NCBI GenBank assembly: GCA_963804955.1
Contig: CAWDSQ010000032.1
Coordinates: forward strand, 98,900 to 162,899
Length of the DNA stretch: 64,000 nucleotides
Source of the DNA: an uncultured delta proteobacterium
GTDB taxonomy: Bacteria > Desulfobacterota > WTBG01 > CAIYCZ01 > CAIRTM01
Direction of reading: 5' to 3'
Every line of letters starts with the position of its first letter. Within the stretch, counting starts at the first letter, position 1. The translations under genes were made by a program, and so were the position numbers. Of the stretch, positions 1 to 8,161 are shown one piece after another. The notes beneath the pieces are model-generated. The model saw only the letters and a list, made by a program, of their open reading frames with translations, was not told the origin of the DNA and ran no database searches.

Positions 1-576
1 GCTCCTGAAAGCAATCGCTGAGTATGCGTCGAGGCGCATGGCAGACTGCAGGTCAGAGCCGAAAGGCTTCTCCACAATGATGCGCCGCCAGGCGCCGGCT
101 GGCTCGGCGGCAAGGCCTGCCTGCCCGAGAAGCGTTATGACCGTTTCAAATAAAAAGGGCGGCAATGCCAGATAATAGAGGCAATTTGCACCTGTCTTGT
201 GCGTGCCGCTTATGCGGGAAATGGCCTCAGCAAGGGCATCAAATGATGCCTTCTCCTCATACAGAAGCTGCTGATAATAGAGCTTTTCGGAAAACTCCTG
301 CCACCGTGACATATCGGCCCCTGCCTGCTCCACGGACTGCTGCAGGCGGCTGCGAAACGCAGGCGAGTCAAGCTGCGTGCGGCTGCAGCCCAGAACGGCG
401 AAATCACGCGGCAGCGAACCAAGCAGATACAAACGGTACAGTGAAGGGATTATTTTCCGGGTTGTCAGATCTCCCGATGCGCCGAGAATGACGATCAGGC
501 AGGGATCGGTCGGCGGGTCAAACCTGCAGGCATCTGCCGCAGGCAGGAGTGTTGTGCTGAAAACAGTATCGGTCAT
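1..576 (-). CDS. zwf: Glucose-6-phosphate 1-dehydrogenase, N-terminal part (runs off the left edge)
   Basis: Manual minus-strand translation from the ATG at 576: MTDTVFST...PCLIVILGASGDLTTRKIIPSLYRL...; near position 90, WRRIIVEKPFGSDL. GASGDL and EKPFG are G6PD signatures. Not in the ORF track because there is no stop inside the window. Confidence 0.93.
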   Translation of the reverse strand, partial: MTDTVFSTTLLPAADACRFDPPTDPCLIVILGASGDLTTRKIIPSLYRLYLLGSLPRDFAVLGCSRTQLDSPAFRSRLQQSVEQAGADMSRWQEFSEKLYYQQLLYEEKASFDALAEAISRISGTHKTGANCLYYLALPPFLFETVITLLGQAGLAAEPAGAWRRIIVEKPFGSDLQSAMRLDAYSAIAFRS

Positions 577-614
577 GCAGAGCCCTCATAAAAAACATTA
601 TTATTTTTTGACCC

Positions 615-798
615 GTAGGGGCGCACCTGGGCGTGCGCCCTCTTTCCGTTACCCTTTTTTATAGCATGTTTTGTATTCTATACAAGCAAAACGACACACA
701 CCAGCGGACTACATGCCGCTACCTGCAAGAACCGTAGGGAGCGCACTGCGCACCGCTTTATTCCAGATTTAACTTTCGGTGCGCGCGGTGTACCCTAC
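615..798. repeat. GTAG-type REP palindromes (single copy 615-641; inverted pair 734-798)
   Basis: GTAGGGGCGCACCTGGGCGTGCGCCCT, and GTAGGGAGCGCACTGCGCACCG...CGGTGCGCGCGGTGTACCCTAC. Related half-copies near 8537 and 10203. Confidence 0.7.
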
Positions 799-802
799 AA
801 AG

Positions 803-872
803 TGTCATCTCGACCAAAGGGAGAGATCTTTAAAGATTTCTCATCCCGCCTGCTTCGGGATTCGAAATGACA
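803..872. repeat. GTCAT...ATGAC-type palindromic repeat
   Basis: TGTCATCTCGA...GAGAGATCTTTAAAGATTTCTC...TCGAAATGACA. Related copies at 7370-7434, about 16812-16868 and 30245-30320. Confidence 0.7.
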
Positions 873-891
873 ATCCGGCTACATTATTTAG

Positions 892-1188
892 TTAAATGCT
901 CACGGCAAGAAGATCAAGGGGGCTTTTCGGCGCATTCGCCATACTGCGCATGACATGGGTATAGATCATGGTGGTCTCGACATTTTTATGCCCGAGAAGG
1001 TCCTGCACTTCCCGGATATTCACTCCGTTCATGAGCAGGCGCGTTGCAAAGCTGTGCCGCAGGGTATGGACGCTTGCATGCTTCTCAATCCCCGCTTTTC
1101 TCACCGCCTGCTGTACGGCGAGCTGAACCAGCTTTTCGTTTAAGTGATGCCGCCGCACTGCGCCGCTGCGGGGGTCGATTGAAAGCTT
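892..1188 (-). pseudogene. intI: Integron integrase IntI, C-terminal fragment
   Basis: Reads [16 protein letters not shown]...[12 protein letters not shown]...[16 protein letters not shown] (DPRSG..RRHH IntI motif, HxxR, LGH, catalytic Y). An in-frame TAG lies immediately upstream at 1189-1191. Confidence 0.92.
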
Positions 1189-1192
1189 CTAT

Positions 1193-1216
1193 TTGTAAAT
1201 ACAATTGTAATGACAA
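1193..1216 (+). promoter_or_regulatory. Tandem imperfect palindromes, probable antitoxin operator
   Basis: TTGTAAATACAA followed directly by TTGTAATGACAA, 23 bp upstream of the toxin ATG. Confidence 0.55.
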
Positions 1217-1239
1217 TATATGTGTGCTACGATTAAAGC

Positions 1240-1503
1240 ATGAAAAAATTTACCTGGAACGAAGAAAAGAATACACTTCTGAAAAAAGAAAGAGGCGTGT
1301 CTTTTGAAGAAATTTTAAATTCCACATTTTTAGGAGCCGAAGAACACAGGGCAAAAAGTAATCAGATCGTTTTGTTATTTGAACATGAAAAATATGTTTG
1401 GGTAGTACCATGTGTTATTGACGAGACATATATTTTCCTGAAAACCATGTTCCCCAGCAGAAAATATACGAAAATGCTGAAAAGCAAAAAAGGTGCAAAA
1501 TGA
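1240..1503 (+). CDS. BrnT-like type II toxin
   Basis: FTWNEEKNTLLKKERGVSFEEI...YVWVVPCV...IFLKTMFPSRK matches the W..EKN..L...RG.SF and FLKT..PSRK pattern of this family. Confidence 0.8.
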   Translation: MKKFTWNEEKNTLLKKERGVSFEEILNSTFLGAEEHRAKSNQIVLLFEHEKYVWVVPCVIDETYIFLKTMFPSRKYTKMLKSKKGAK

Positions 1504-1748
1504 AAACAACACGATTATCTCAAGAAGAAAAAGAAGTTGAAACCGCCTTGTTAAAAGGTGAATTCAAACCTTTACAGGGAAAGAAGCTTAAAAAAATTGA
1601 AAGCGCTCTCGGAGCAAGGAAGAAAGATGTAACTATGACCATCAGGGTTAACAGTCAAGACATTGAAAAAATCAAGAATAAAGCGAATAAGCTGGGGATA
1701 AAGTATCAATCATATATTTCTGAAATACTACATCAGGTCGCGCAATAG
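1500..1748 (+). CDS. CopG/BrnA-like ribbon-helix-helix antitoxin
   Basis: Overlaps the toxin stop (ATGA). The C-terminal KKDVTMTIRVNSQDIEKIKNKANKLGIKYQSYISEILH fits an RHH antitoxin. Confidence 0.82.
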   Translation: MKTTRLSQEEKEVETALLKGEFKPLQGKKLKKIESALGARKKDVTMTIRVNSQDIEKIKNKANKLGIKYQSYISEILHQVAQ

Positions 1749-1863
1749 GTTACTGATTTGATCCACAAAACCACGGACTCTACGCGGGCTATGCTCAGTA
1801 GACGTGAATAGTATTGTGAGACCGTTAAAATGCTTTCCCATGCTTTCCCAGCAAACAGCCGCG

Positions 1864-2388
1864 TTTACCGCCCCGGATAAACAAAAGGCCCTGCCCGGAA
1901 TCAACATCCTGTACGCGCAAACGAATGCACTCCATCAAGCGCAGGCCGCCGCCATAGAGCAGTTTAGCCATCAGGGCATGATTGCCCGTCATTGTTGCAA
2001 GCAGCCGTTGCACCTCGGCCTGCGTGAGCACGGTAGGTGGCCGTTGATGGCGCTTGCTGCGGGCCGGTTCAATGTCGCCGTCCAGGGGCTTGTCAAGCAC
2101 GTCCCGATAGAGAAACACCAGGGCGTTCAGCGCCTGCTTCTGTGTTGAGGCTGAAACCTTGCCCTCTGTTGCCAGATGGGAAAGAAATCGTTCAATATCC
2201 TTCGTTCCGAGGCTGTTCGGATGGGTTTTCCCGCCGAAATGATGGATATAGCGCAGTATCCACTGGCAATAACTTTGTTCCGTGCGGTATGCATAATGAT
2301 GATAGCGGAGCACCTCCCGGACCTGATCCATGAGTTTGAGGCCGGGATTCGGGTGGAACTTCGGTTTGTTTTTATTTTGACTTTCCAT
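1864..2388 (-). pseudogene. intI: Integron integrase IntI, N-terminal 175 aa
   Basis: KLMDQVREVLRYHHYAYRTEQSY...SASTQKQALNALVFLYRDVL...LLYGGGLRLMECIRLRVQDVD...IRGGK. Similarity stops after RGGK, where G(G/S)KDR is expected. Confidence 0.95.
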
Positions 2389-2437
2389 GATTCATCACAT
2401 ACTATCGCGATAAATGGAAATTAACTAGAAAAAAATC

Positions 2438-2561
2438 AATAAGTGGAAAACAACAGAATTAATTTTTCATCTTTTAAGATTAATATGATAATAAGTGGAA
2501 AATCCGTCCACCTATAGGGGGTGATATGACGGACAAGTTTCCACTTATTGCACTGTTGGTG
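2438..2561 (+). other. Putative attI region of the integron
   Basis: Lies between the intI start and the first cassette. Core GTTGGTG at 2555-2561 nearly complements R'' CTCCAAC of attC1. AATAAGTGGAAA occurs at 2438 and 2490, and inverted at 2538-2549. Confidence 0.6.
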
Positions 2562-2569
2562 AAACAATA

Positions 2570-2857
2570 ATGAAAGAAAAACCAATTTATTTTGTTTACC
2601 TTAATCCGGTGGTCGAAGACAAAAGATGGTTTTTCCTGAAAGAATTTTTTAACCCTGGATTTATGGAGCGCGACAAATCTCCGGTACTTGTTTGTTTTTC
2701 ACTGGACACATCTTTTCATGCTCTTCTTGCGTTAAAGGCCCGAAACTTCTCAGACAATAAGAACAAAACAATCCATATCCCATATTCAATAGTTGATGGT
2801 ATTCAGGAGATACCTTTTTTGAAAAGCCAAGCTGGATTCCTTGGCTTAAAAGACTAG
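2570..2857 (+). CDS. Cassette 1: hypothetical protein, 95 aa
   Basis: AT-rich ORF between the attI core and attC1; no recognisable family. Confidence 0.65.
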   Translation: MKEKPIYFVYLNPVVEDKRWFFLKEFFNPGFMERDKSPVLVCFSLDTSFHALLALKARNFSDNKNKTIHIPYSIVDGIQEIPFLKSQAGFLGLKD

Positions 2858-2904
2858 CCCTATACTGAAATCCCTATGCTGGTGCATGTCCATAGAACTA
2901 AGAC

Positions 2905-2993
2905 CTCCAACAAGGCGCTTCACTGGACGGCATGAAGCACCGGTTTTTTATGGTTTAGTCACCGGCTGCCGCCAGTGAGCTTTATCCTTAGCA
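2905..2993 (+). other. attC1 (R' core mutated, CTTAGCA)
   Basis: CTCCAAC-AAGGC-GCTTCACTGG...CCAGTGAGC-TTTATC-CTTAGCA: R''/L''/L'/R' layout with 5- and 6-nt spacers. Confidence 0.8.
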
Positions 2994-3020
2994 GCACAAT
3001 ATAGAAAAAAGGCGATTGAT

Positions 3021-3224
3021 ATGGCGAATCTTCCCGGTCAACAGCCAGATATAAAATTTTGTCCTGTCTACAAATCTGATTTAAAAAACATACCAAGAAC
3101 AAAAATGAAGTCAAAGGGGTATGTAAGGAAAGACGGCACAGTGTCTGAATACACACATACGTATGAATGTAATAATTGCAAAAACCGTTTTGAAATTAAC
3201 CAAGATAGGAATGCATTTAGCTAA
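3021..3224 (+). CDS. Cassette 2: small zinc-ribbon-like hypothetical protein
   Basis: CPVY...CNNC (first CxxC apparently broken). The stop falls in AGCTAAC (3219-3225), an R''-like remnant with no downstream attC body. Confidence 0.55.
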   Translation: MANLPGQQPDIKFCPVYKSDLKNIPRTKMKSKGYVRKDGTVSEYTHTYECNNCKNRFEINQDRNAFS

Positions 3225-3285
3225 CTATGTTTCCTTATGGGCTATTTTCTGCCGGTACTGATCAACAATTTTGCCAAGAACAGCT

Positions 3286-4108
3286 ATGCGCAGAGAAATT
3301 CCATCTACTATAATCGCAGTGGTGGCGGATGTCGCATCAACTGCTGAGACGCACGCAACCTTAGACAGTTTATTTATGTATGCGGGCACACCAGGTGATC
3401 CACCCGTAGGCAGCAAGCATGCTAAGGCACTCGAATGGCTGAGAAAAGCCAACCGTGATGAAACCGTTGATCCAATGAAAATTCTCGGTAAACTCATCGA
3501 AGGATATATGGAAGCCGTAGATGATCCATCCGCTTGGAACAAGGAAGCAGTTCAGGAACGAAAAGAAAAAATTGGGAAAGCGTTAGGTTCTTGTAATCTT
3601 CAGGTATATAAAAGGAGGAAAGGTGTATCGGCAGGCACTAGCAACGCCGCTCGCGGACGTCTAGAGCAGTTTACAGTCAAGAAAAGAGATTTCGTTTCAA
3701 TTAATGATGAGTTTGACAGAGCATTAAAGTCTGTTGAATCATCACCGCGTGAAGCTATTTCCGCAGCATGCAATATCCTCGAGTCGCTTTTTAAGACTTA
3801 CATAGAGGAAGAAAAACTCGAAGTGCCGCGAAGCAAGACTTGCAGCCAGTCTGGTCCGTAGTCCGCAAACATCTTGGGCTTGATCCAAGCCGTATTGAGG
3901 ATAGAGACATACAAGAGATTATGAGCGGTATATTCGCAGTTGCTAACGGCATCGGTGCGCTTCGTACACATGCCAGTTCGGCACATGGTGCTGGCGAAAG
4001 CGAAAGTATAAAATCGAACCACGTCACGCGCGGCTAGCAGTTCATTCTGCTCACACATTAGCACTGTTTATTTTGGCGTAATCGTGGGAAAAGAAAAAGA
4101 ATGGGTAA
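3286..4108 (+). CDS. Cassette 3: abortive-infection family protein (Abi_C-like), frameshifted
   Basis: Joined ORFs 3271..3861 and 3840..4037 plus a tail: EFDRALKSVESSPREAISAACNILES...GIGALRTHASSAHG...PRHARLAVHSAHTL. The stop overlaps attC R''. Confidence 0.75.
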
Positions 4109-4173
4109 CTTCGCACTGTACTGGGCGTGGTTCCGCTGGCGCTCCACCACGCCTGTAACCTTTCGCGTTAGCC
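4103..4173 (+). other. attC after the Abi cassette (degenerate L boxes)
   Basis: GGGTAAC-TTCGC-ACTGTACTGGGCGTGG...CCACGCCTGTAACC-TTTCGC-GTTAGCC. Confidence 0.75.
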
Positions 4174-4194
4174 ACAAAGTTAAGGCATAATTTT

Positions 4195-5066
4195 ATGACA
4201 AAACAAATGCCGACGTTTGATTCGACTGATGAATCCACTCCTACAAGCCTTATTTGCCCTTGGTGGTTCTGGATCAATAGATGAGATTTACGAAAAAGTT
4301 CTTGAACAGGAAGAAATTGATGAATCAATCTCATCTATTCCTCATAATCCGGATAAAACCAATCAAACGGAAGTTGCATATCGACTGGCATGGGCAAGAA
4401 CGTATCTAAAAAAATATGGGTTTCTTGAAAATTCAAGTAGGGGTGTATGGGCTTTAACCAAACTTGCAAAAGATAAAAAATTTGTAGAACAACACATAGT
4501 TGTTAAAGAAGTAAGAGAAGCTGATAAGGCGGAATCAAAGCATAAAAATAAAAAAGCAAAAAATGAGCAAATCGAGTTAATCGATTCCGATACGCCAGAA
4601 GCCCAAGATTGGCGTGAAGAACTTTATCATCTTCTTACGAAAGATATTTCTCCTGATGCTTTTGAAAGACTTACGCAACGTTTATTAAGGGAATCAGGTT
4701 TCGTGCAAGTAGAAGTAACCGGCCGCACAGGTGACGGTGGTATTGATGGAAAAGGGATTGCTAAAATCCATGGATTCATGAGTTTTCATGTTATTTTCCA
4801 ATGCAAGAAGTATCAAGGTTCAATATCTGCTAGTGATATTCGAGATTTTCGGGGCGCAATGGTTGGAAGAGCTGACAAGGGTTTATTTATAACCACAGGT
4901 TCATTTGACACCCGCTGCCGTGAAAGAAGCAACACGTGATGGTGCGCCACCAATTGATCTTGTAGATGGAGATCAATTGGCAGATAAATTAAAAGAATTT
5001 CAATTAGGCTTAAAAACTGAAATGATAGAACAAGTAACAGTAGATAAAAATTGGTTTAAAAATTGA
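4195..5066 (+). CDS. mrr: Cassette 4: Mrr-family type IV restriction endonuclease, frameshifted
   Basis: Mrr_N wHTH (YRLAWARTYLKKYGFLENSSRGVWALT) plus catalytic domain (FERLTQRLLRESGF...GDGGIDG...QCKKY...IRDFRGAM...GLFITTGSF); C-terminus continues in another frame (PIDLVDGDQLADKLKE). Confidence 0.92.
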
Positions 5067-5073
5067 CAACTAC

Positions 5074-5143
5074 GGCCAACGATTCCTTTCACCTGACTTC
5101 ACTCCGCTGCGCTTCGTTTCGCGGGTGAAGTCTAGCGTTATGT
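5074..5143 (+). other. attC after the mrr cassette
   Basis: GGCCAAC-GATTC-CTTTCACCTG...GCGGGTGAAG-TCTAGC-GTTATGT. Confidence 0.85.
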
Positions 5144-5227
5144 CCAAACAAGGCTTCGATCGGGATAAACGATACCATCACCAACAAGACTCTTAGAGTT
5201 CAGCACAAACGATTTTGGAGGTGAAAC

Positions 5228-5531
5228 ATGAAGAGGATTTTGGTTGCATTGTTTCCTTGCGGGCGTATTCGTAGCTTTTGCTTTTCTAACCGGCAATGTT
5301 CTTTCAGCCCAGGAGAAGGGGCCACCTACTGAGGTAATCAAAGGCGCCTATCGACAGATTCTTTCCAGTGCGGACAAGGACGGCGATGGCAAGCTCAGTC
5401 TGGCTGAGTGCATGTCCATTTCGAGCAATAAAAGCAAGATTGAAAAGGACTGCAAGTACTGGGATGCCAACGGTGACGGGTATATTACTGAAGAGGAATA
5501 CGTCAAACAGGCCAAAGGCATCATGCGATAG
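5228..5531 (+). CDS. Cassette 5: secreted EF-hand protein
   Basis: Signal-peptide-like N-terminus (ATG 5228 after a GGAGG RBS, probably one indel) and two EF-hand loops, DKDGDGKLSLAE and DANGDGYITEEE. Confidence 0.8.
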
Positions 5532-5544
5532 AAAAGAAAATTTG

Positions 5545-5608
5545 CCATAACAAGCGGCTCCACCGGATCGCCGATAAATCCGGCTCCCGGTGAGCCGCTG
5601 CGTTAGGC
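5545..5608 (+). other. attC after the EF-hand cassette (canonical, 64 bp)
   Basis: CCATAAC-AAGCG-GCTCCACCGG...CCGGTGAGC-CGCTGC-GTTAGGC, with the expected extra base in L''. Confidence 0.92.
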
Positions 5609-5633
5609 AAATTAACGAAAAGGAAAAATCACA

Positions 5634-6002
5634 ATGAAGACTATCTTTATTGCTATGGTAGCCCTGATCGTTGTAATGGTTTGTGGGTGCGCCGGCACCA
5701 CACCGATCAAGAACCTGGGATTACCGCCTGTAACTACAATCGAGGGGATGGTCACGCAACTTGACGAAAATGGTTTTAACCTTATGGACAACTCTGGTTC
5801 AATCTTTGTTCGGGCCAGGCTGCCAGACAGCAAAAAACTAGATGTATCTCTTAATGAGAAACTCAAAGTATATGGCAATCTACAAGGCGGCCAGAAAAAG
5901 GTGTTTGATGGATATGTTATTAAGAAGTCAACGGGGGAGCAGATAATTATCACCGATCCAACACCTCACTTCGGATTCATTATTCAAAGTCGCTTTAAGT
6001 AA
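5634..6002 (+). CDS. Cassette 6: putative lipoprotein, OB-fold-like
   Basis: Hydrophobic leader ending VCGC (lipobox-like); VTTIEGMVTQLDENGFNLMDNSGSIFV resembles the bacterial OB-fold pattern. Confidence 0.65.
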   Translation: MKTIFIAMVALIVVMVCGCAGTTPIKNLGLPPVTTIEGMVTQLDENGFNLMDNSGSIFVRARLPDSKKLDVSLNEKLKVYGNLQGGQKKVFDGYVIKKSTGEQIIITDPTPHFGFIIQSRFK

Positions 6003-6044
6003 TTCAGCAACGCGAATAAAGGAATAAGGGGTCAGGTTGCAGAG

Positions 6045-6067
6045 GCGGCTGACCTTTAGCGTTAGGC
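6045..6067 (+). other. Partial attC (right arm only)
   Basis: GCGGCTGACC-TTTAGC-GTTAGGC = L'-spacer-R'. No R''/L'' upstream; GGGGTCAGG is present instead. Confidence 0.6.
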
Positions 6068-6229
6068 AACCAGGTCTTCGCCCGGCCGGAGTGCTCGGCT
6101 GGTGTTCGTTTGCGTCCCCTGCGTTGAAGCCGGCAACCGGGAAACGCATAATAGCAGGCGAATCCCGTCCTTCCTGCTTCGTAGGTTACGTCACTATCAA
6201 CCGGGAGGCCTGCGGGAAAGGGGGAAAAG

Positions 6230-7168
6230 ATGAAGCGTTCGTGCCTCGTTTACCTCGGAATCTTCGTCGGCGCCGGCATCCTCGCCGGCATTGGGCTTGT
6301 GCTAACGATTCCCCCGGCTCCGCCGGGTTTTTCTGCACCGTTCGTGATGAAACTCGGCTCCGCGCTAGGCGTTGGCTTTGCTGCCTCCGGCCTGCTCACC
6401 GTGGCACTCTTCGGGCTGAGGGATACTATGCAGCGGCTCAGTGATCGCGCATGCCTCGGCATGACGCGCATGACGATCCCTCTCGATGGCGAGAGGATTG
6501 TCGCGTTCGGAACGGTGGCAGCCGACGGTCCGCTCCTCGAGTCTCCGTTCACTGGCACTCGCTGCGCGTGCTACTCATACGAGGTGCGCTGCACCACCCG
6601 GGGACGCAGCTCAACCGACGTTCTATGCGCCTGGGGGTACGCGCTGACGCCTTCGCACGTAGAGACGCCATGGGGATCGGTCCGGCTGCTGAGCTACACG
6701 AACATCGATGAATGTCCGCCGCAGCTGGTCGATCCCGCCGTGCGGCGAAAGGCCGCAGCATATTTTGCAGCGACGCAGCTCGAGCCGACCGGCTACGGTG
6801 CGCCGGGCCTCGGCATCGCCGCCGTCAAGCAATTGCACTCGGACCAGGATGGCAGCATCAAGGGAGACTTTGGCCCCCTTCCCTCCGACTTCCTCGAGGG
6901 AGACTATAGGCTTTACGAAAAAATTGTAGTCAATCGTGAGCCGATCACCGCGATCGGCACATGGGACTCGAAGCTCGGCGGAGTGAAGGCTGAACCGGGA
7001 GCCGAAATCCTCGCACCCGTCGTCATCCGCCGGGGGCCCGTGGAGAAGGCGCGCCGAACGCTGCTCAGGCAGGCAATTATAAGCGCCATTTTCGCTTTCG
7101 TTCCATTCGCGATTGCAGCGGCCATCGTGTGGTGGTTTTTCCGGAACGGGGAGCGGCTGTTCTACTAA
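6230..7168 (+). CDS. Cassette 7: membrane protein, 2 N-terminal + 1 C-terminal TM, GIDE-like middle region
   Basis: Follows GTTAGGC; visibly GC-richer than earlier cassettes; G.V....LESPFTG..C..Y pattern; TACTAAC at the stop. Confidence 0.7.
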   Translation: MKRSCLVYLGIFVGAGILAGIGLVLTIPPAPPGFSAPFVMKLGSALGVGFAASGLLTVALFGLRDTMQRLSDRACLGMTRMTIPLDGERIVAFGTVAADGPLLESPFTGTRCACYSYEVRCTTRGRSSTDVLCAWGYALTPSHVETPWGSVRLLSYTNIDECPPQLVDPAVRRKAAAYFAATQLEPTGYGAPGLGIAAVKQLHSDQDGSIKGDFGPLPSDFLEGDYRLYEKIVVNREPITAIGTWDSKLGGVKAEPGAEILAPVVIRRGPVEKARRTLLRQAIISAIFAFVPFAIAAAIVWWFFRNGERLFY

Positions 7169-7369
7169 CATCGTCAGCTCAAAGGGGCAGGGAGATGTTC
7201 TGATGCCGTTCAACGGGCCGTCGTGTCCATCAAATCCGTCTCTGCAGCCGCAGGCAAAGCCTGCCCAGGCTGGTGCGGCGCAAACCGTGATTGAATAGCA
7301 GACACTAGTGGGCCTTCACATTTGATTTTGTTGGATGAGATACAATCTCTCGTACTTAAGACAAGTCCT

Positions 7370-7434
7370 GTCATTCCGGCTTGTCCGGAATCTTTTCCAC
7401 CGCAGAAGAAGGATTCCGGACAAGCCGGAATGAC
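7370..7434. repeat. GTCATTCC...GGAATGAC hairpin repeat
   Basis: GTCATTCCGGCTTGTCCGGAATC and GATTCCGGACAAGCCGGAATGAC form perfect 23-bp arms. Confidence 0.85.
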
Positions 7435-7565
7435 GCTGGGATTTTCTTATTCAATTAACATTTACCCCTGATTATCATATATTGGCATTAAGAAAAAAGT
7501 GACTAAAACAGTTAATTTCAAATGTGAAGGGACACTAGCAGCATAGAAAAAAGGAGGCAAACTGC

Positions 7566-8118
7566 ATGAAGCGAGCACTGCTGGTCATCGATGTTCAGAA
7601 TGAATATTTTTCCGGCCTGCTGCCAATCACACACCCACAAGGTCACCTGGCCAATATACTGAGGGTCATGGATGCGGCGGCGGCCCATGACATTCCTGTC
7701 GTGGTGGTGCAGCACACCTCTACCGAGCCCGACAGGCCGTTCTTCAAGCGCGGCACACCCAAGTGGGAACTGCACCCTGAGGTACATGGCTCGGCCGCAT
7801 AGCCTCTTGATAGAAAAAAATCTGCCGGGGAGTTTTACCGGGACCGTGCTTGAGCCATGGCTGCGCGAGCGGAGTATTGACACCGTCGTTATTGCGGGCT
7901 ATATGACGCATATGTGCTGCGATACCACGGCGCGGCAGGCAGTACACCGGGGCTTTACCGTCGAGTTTCTGAGCGATGCAACGGGCACCCTGCCCCTGAG
8001 CAATGCCGCAGGCGAGGTCAGCGCCGAGGAATTGCAGCGAGCCATTTTATGCGCGCAGCAGATGCTGCTCAGCGAAGTCATCAGCACGGACGCGTGGTGC
8101 CGGCGTATTGCCGGTTAG
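7566..8118 (+). CDS. Isochorismatase/cysteine hydrolase family protein (one frameshift)
   Basis: [12 protein letters not shown]...[12 protein letters not shown]...[16 protein letters not shown]...FLSDAT. Confidence 0.9.
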
Positions 8119-8161
8119 AGTGGATAAAAGGAGATTACAAACATATAGAAGGGTTTAGAAA

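Noticed and set aside
165..664. Plus-strand ORFs at the window start
   Set aside because: They overlap zwf on the minus strand, which has clear family motifs.
1189..1863. TA insert as an IS or an integron cassette
   Set aside because: No transposase, terminal repeats or attC. The tandem ATGCTTTCCC at 1830-1849 is internal and is not a flanking target duplication.
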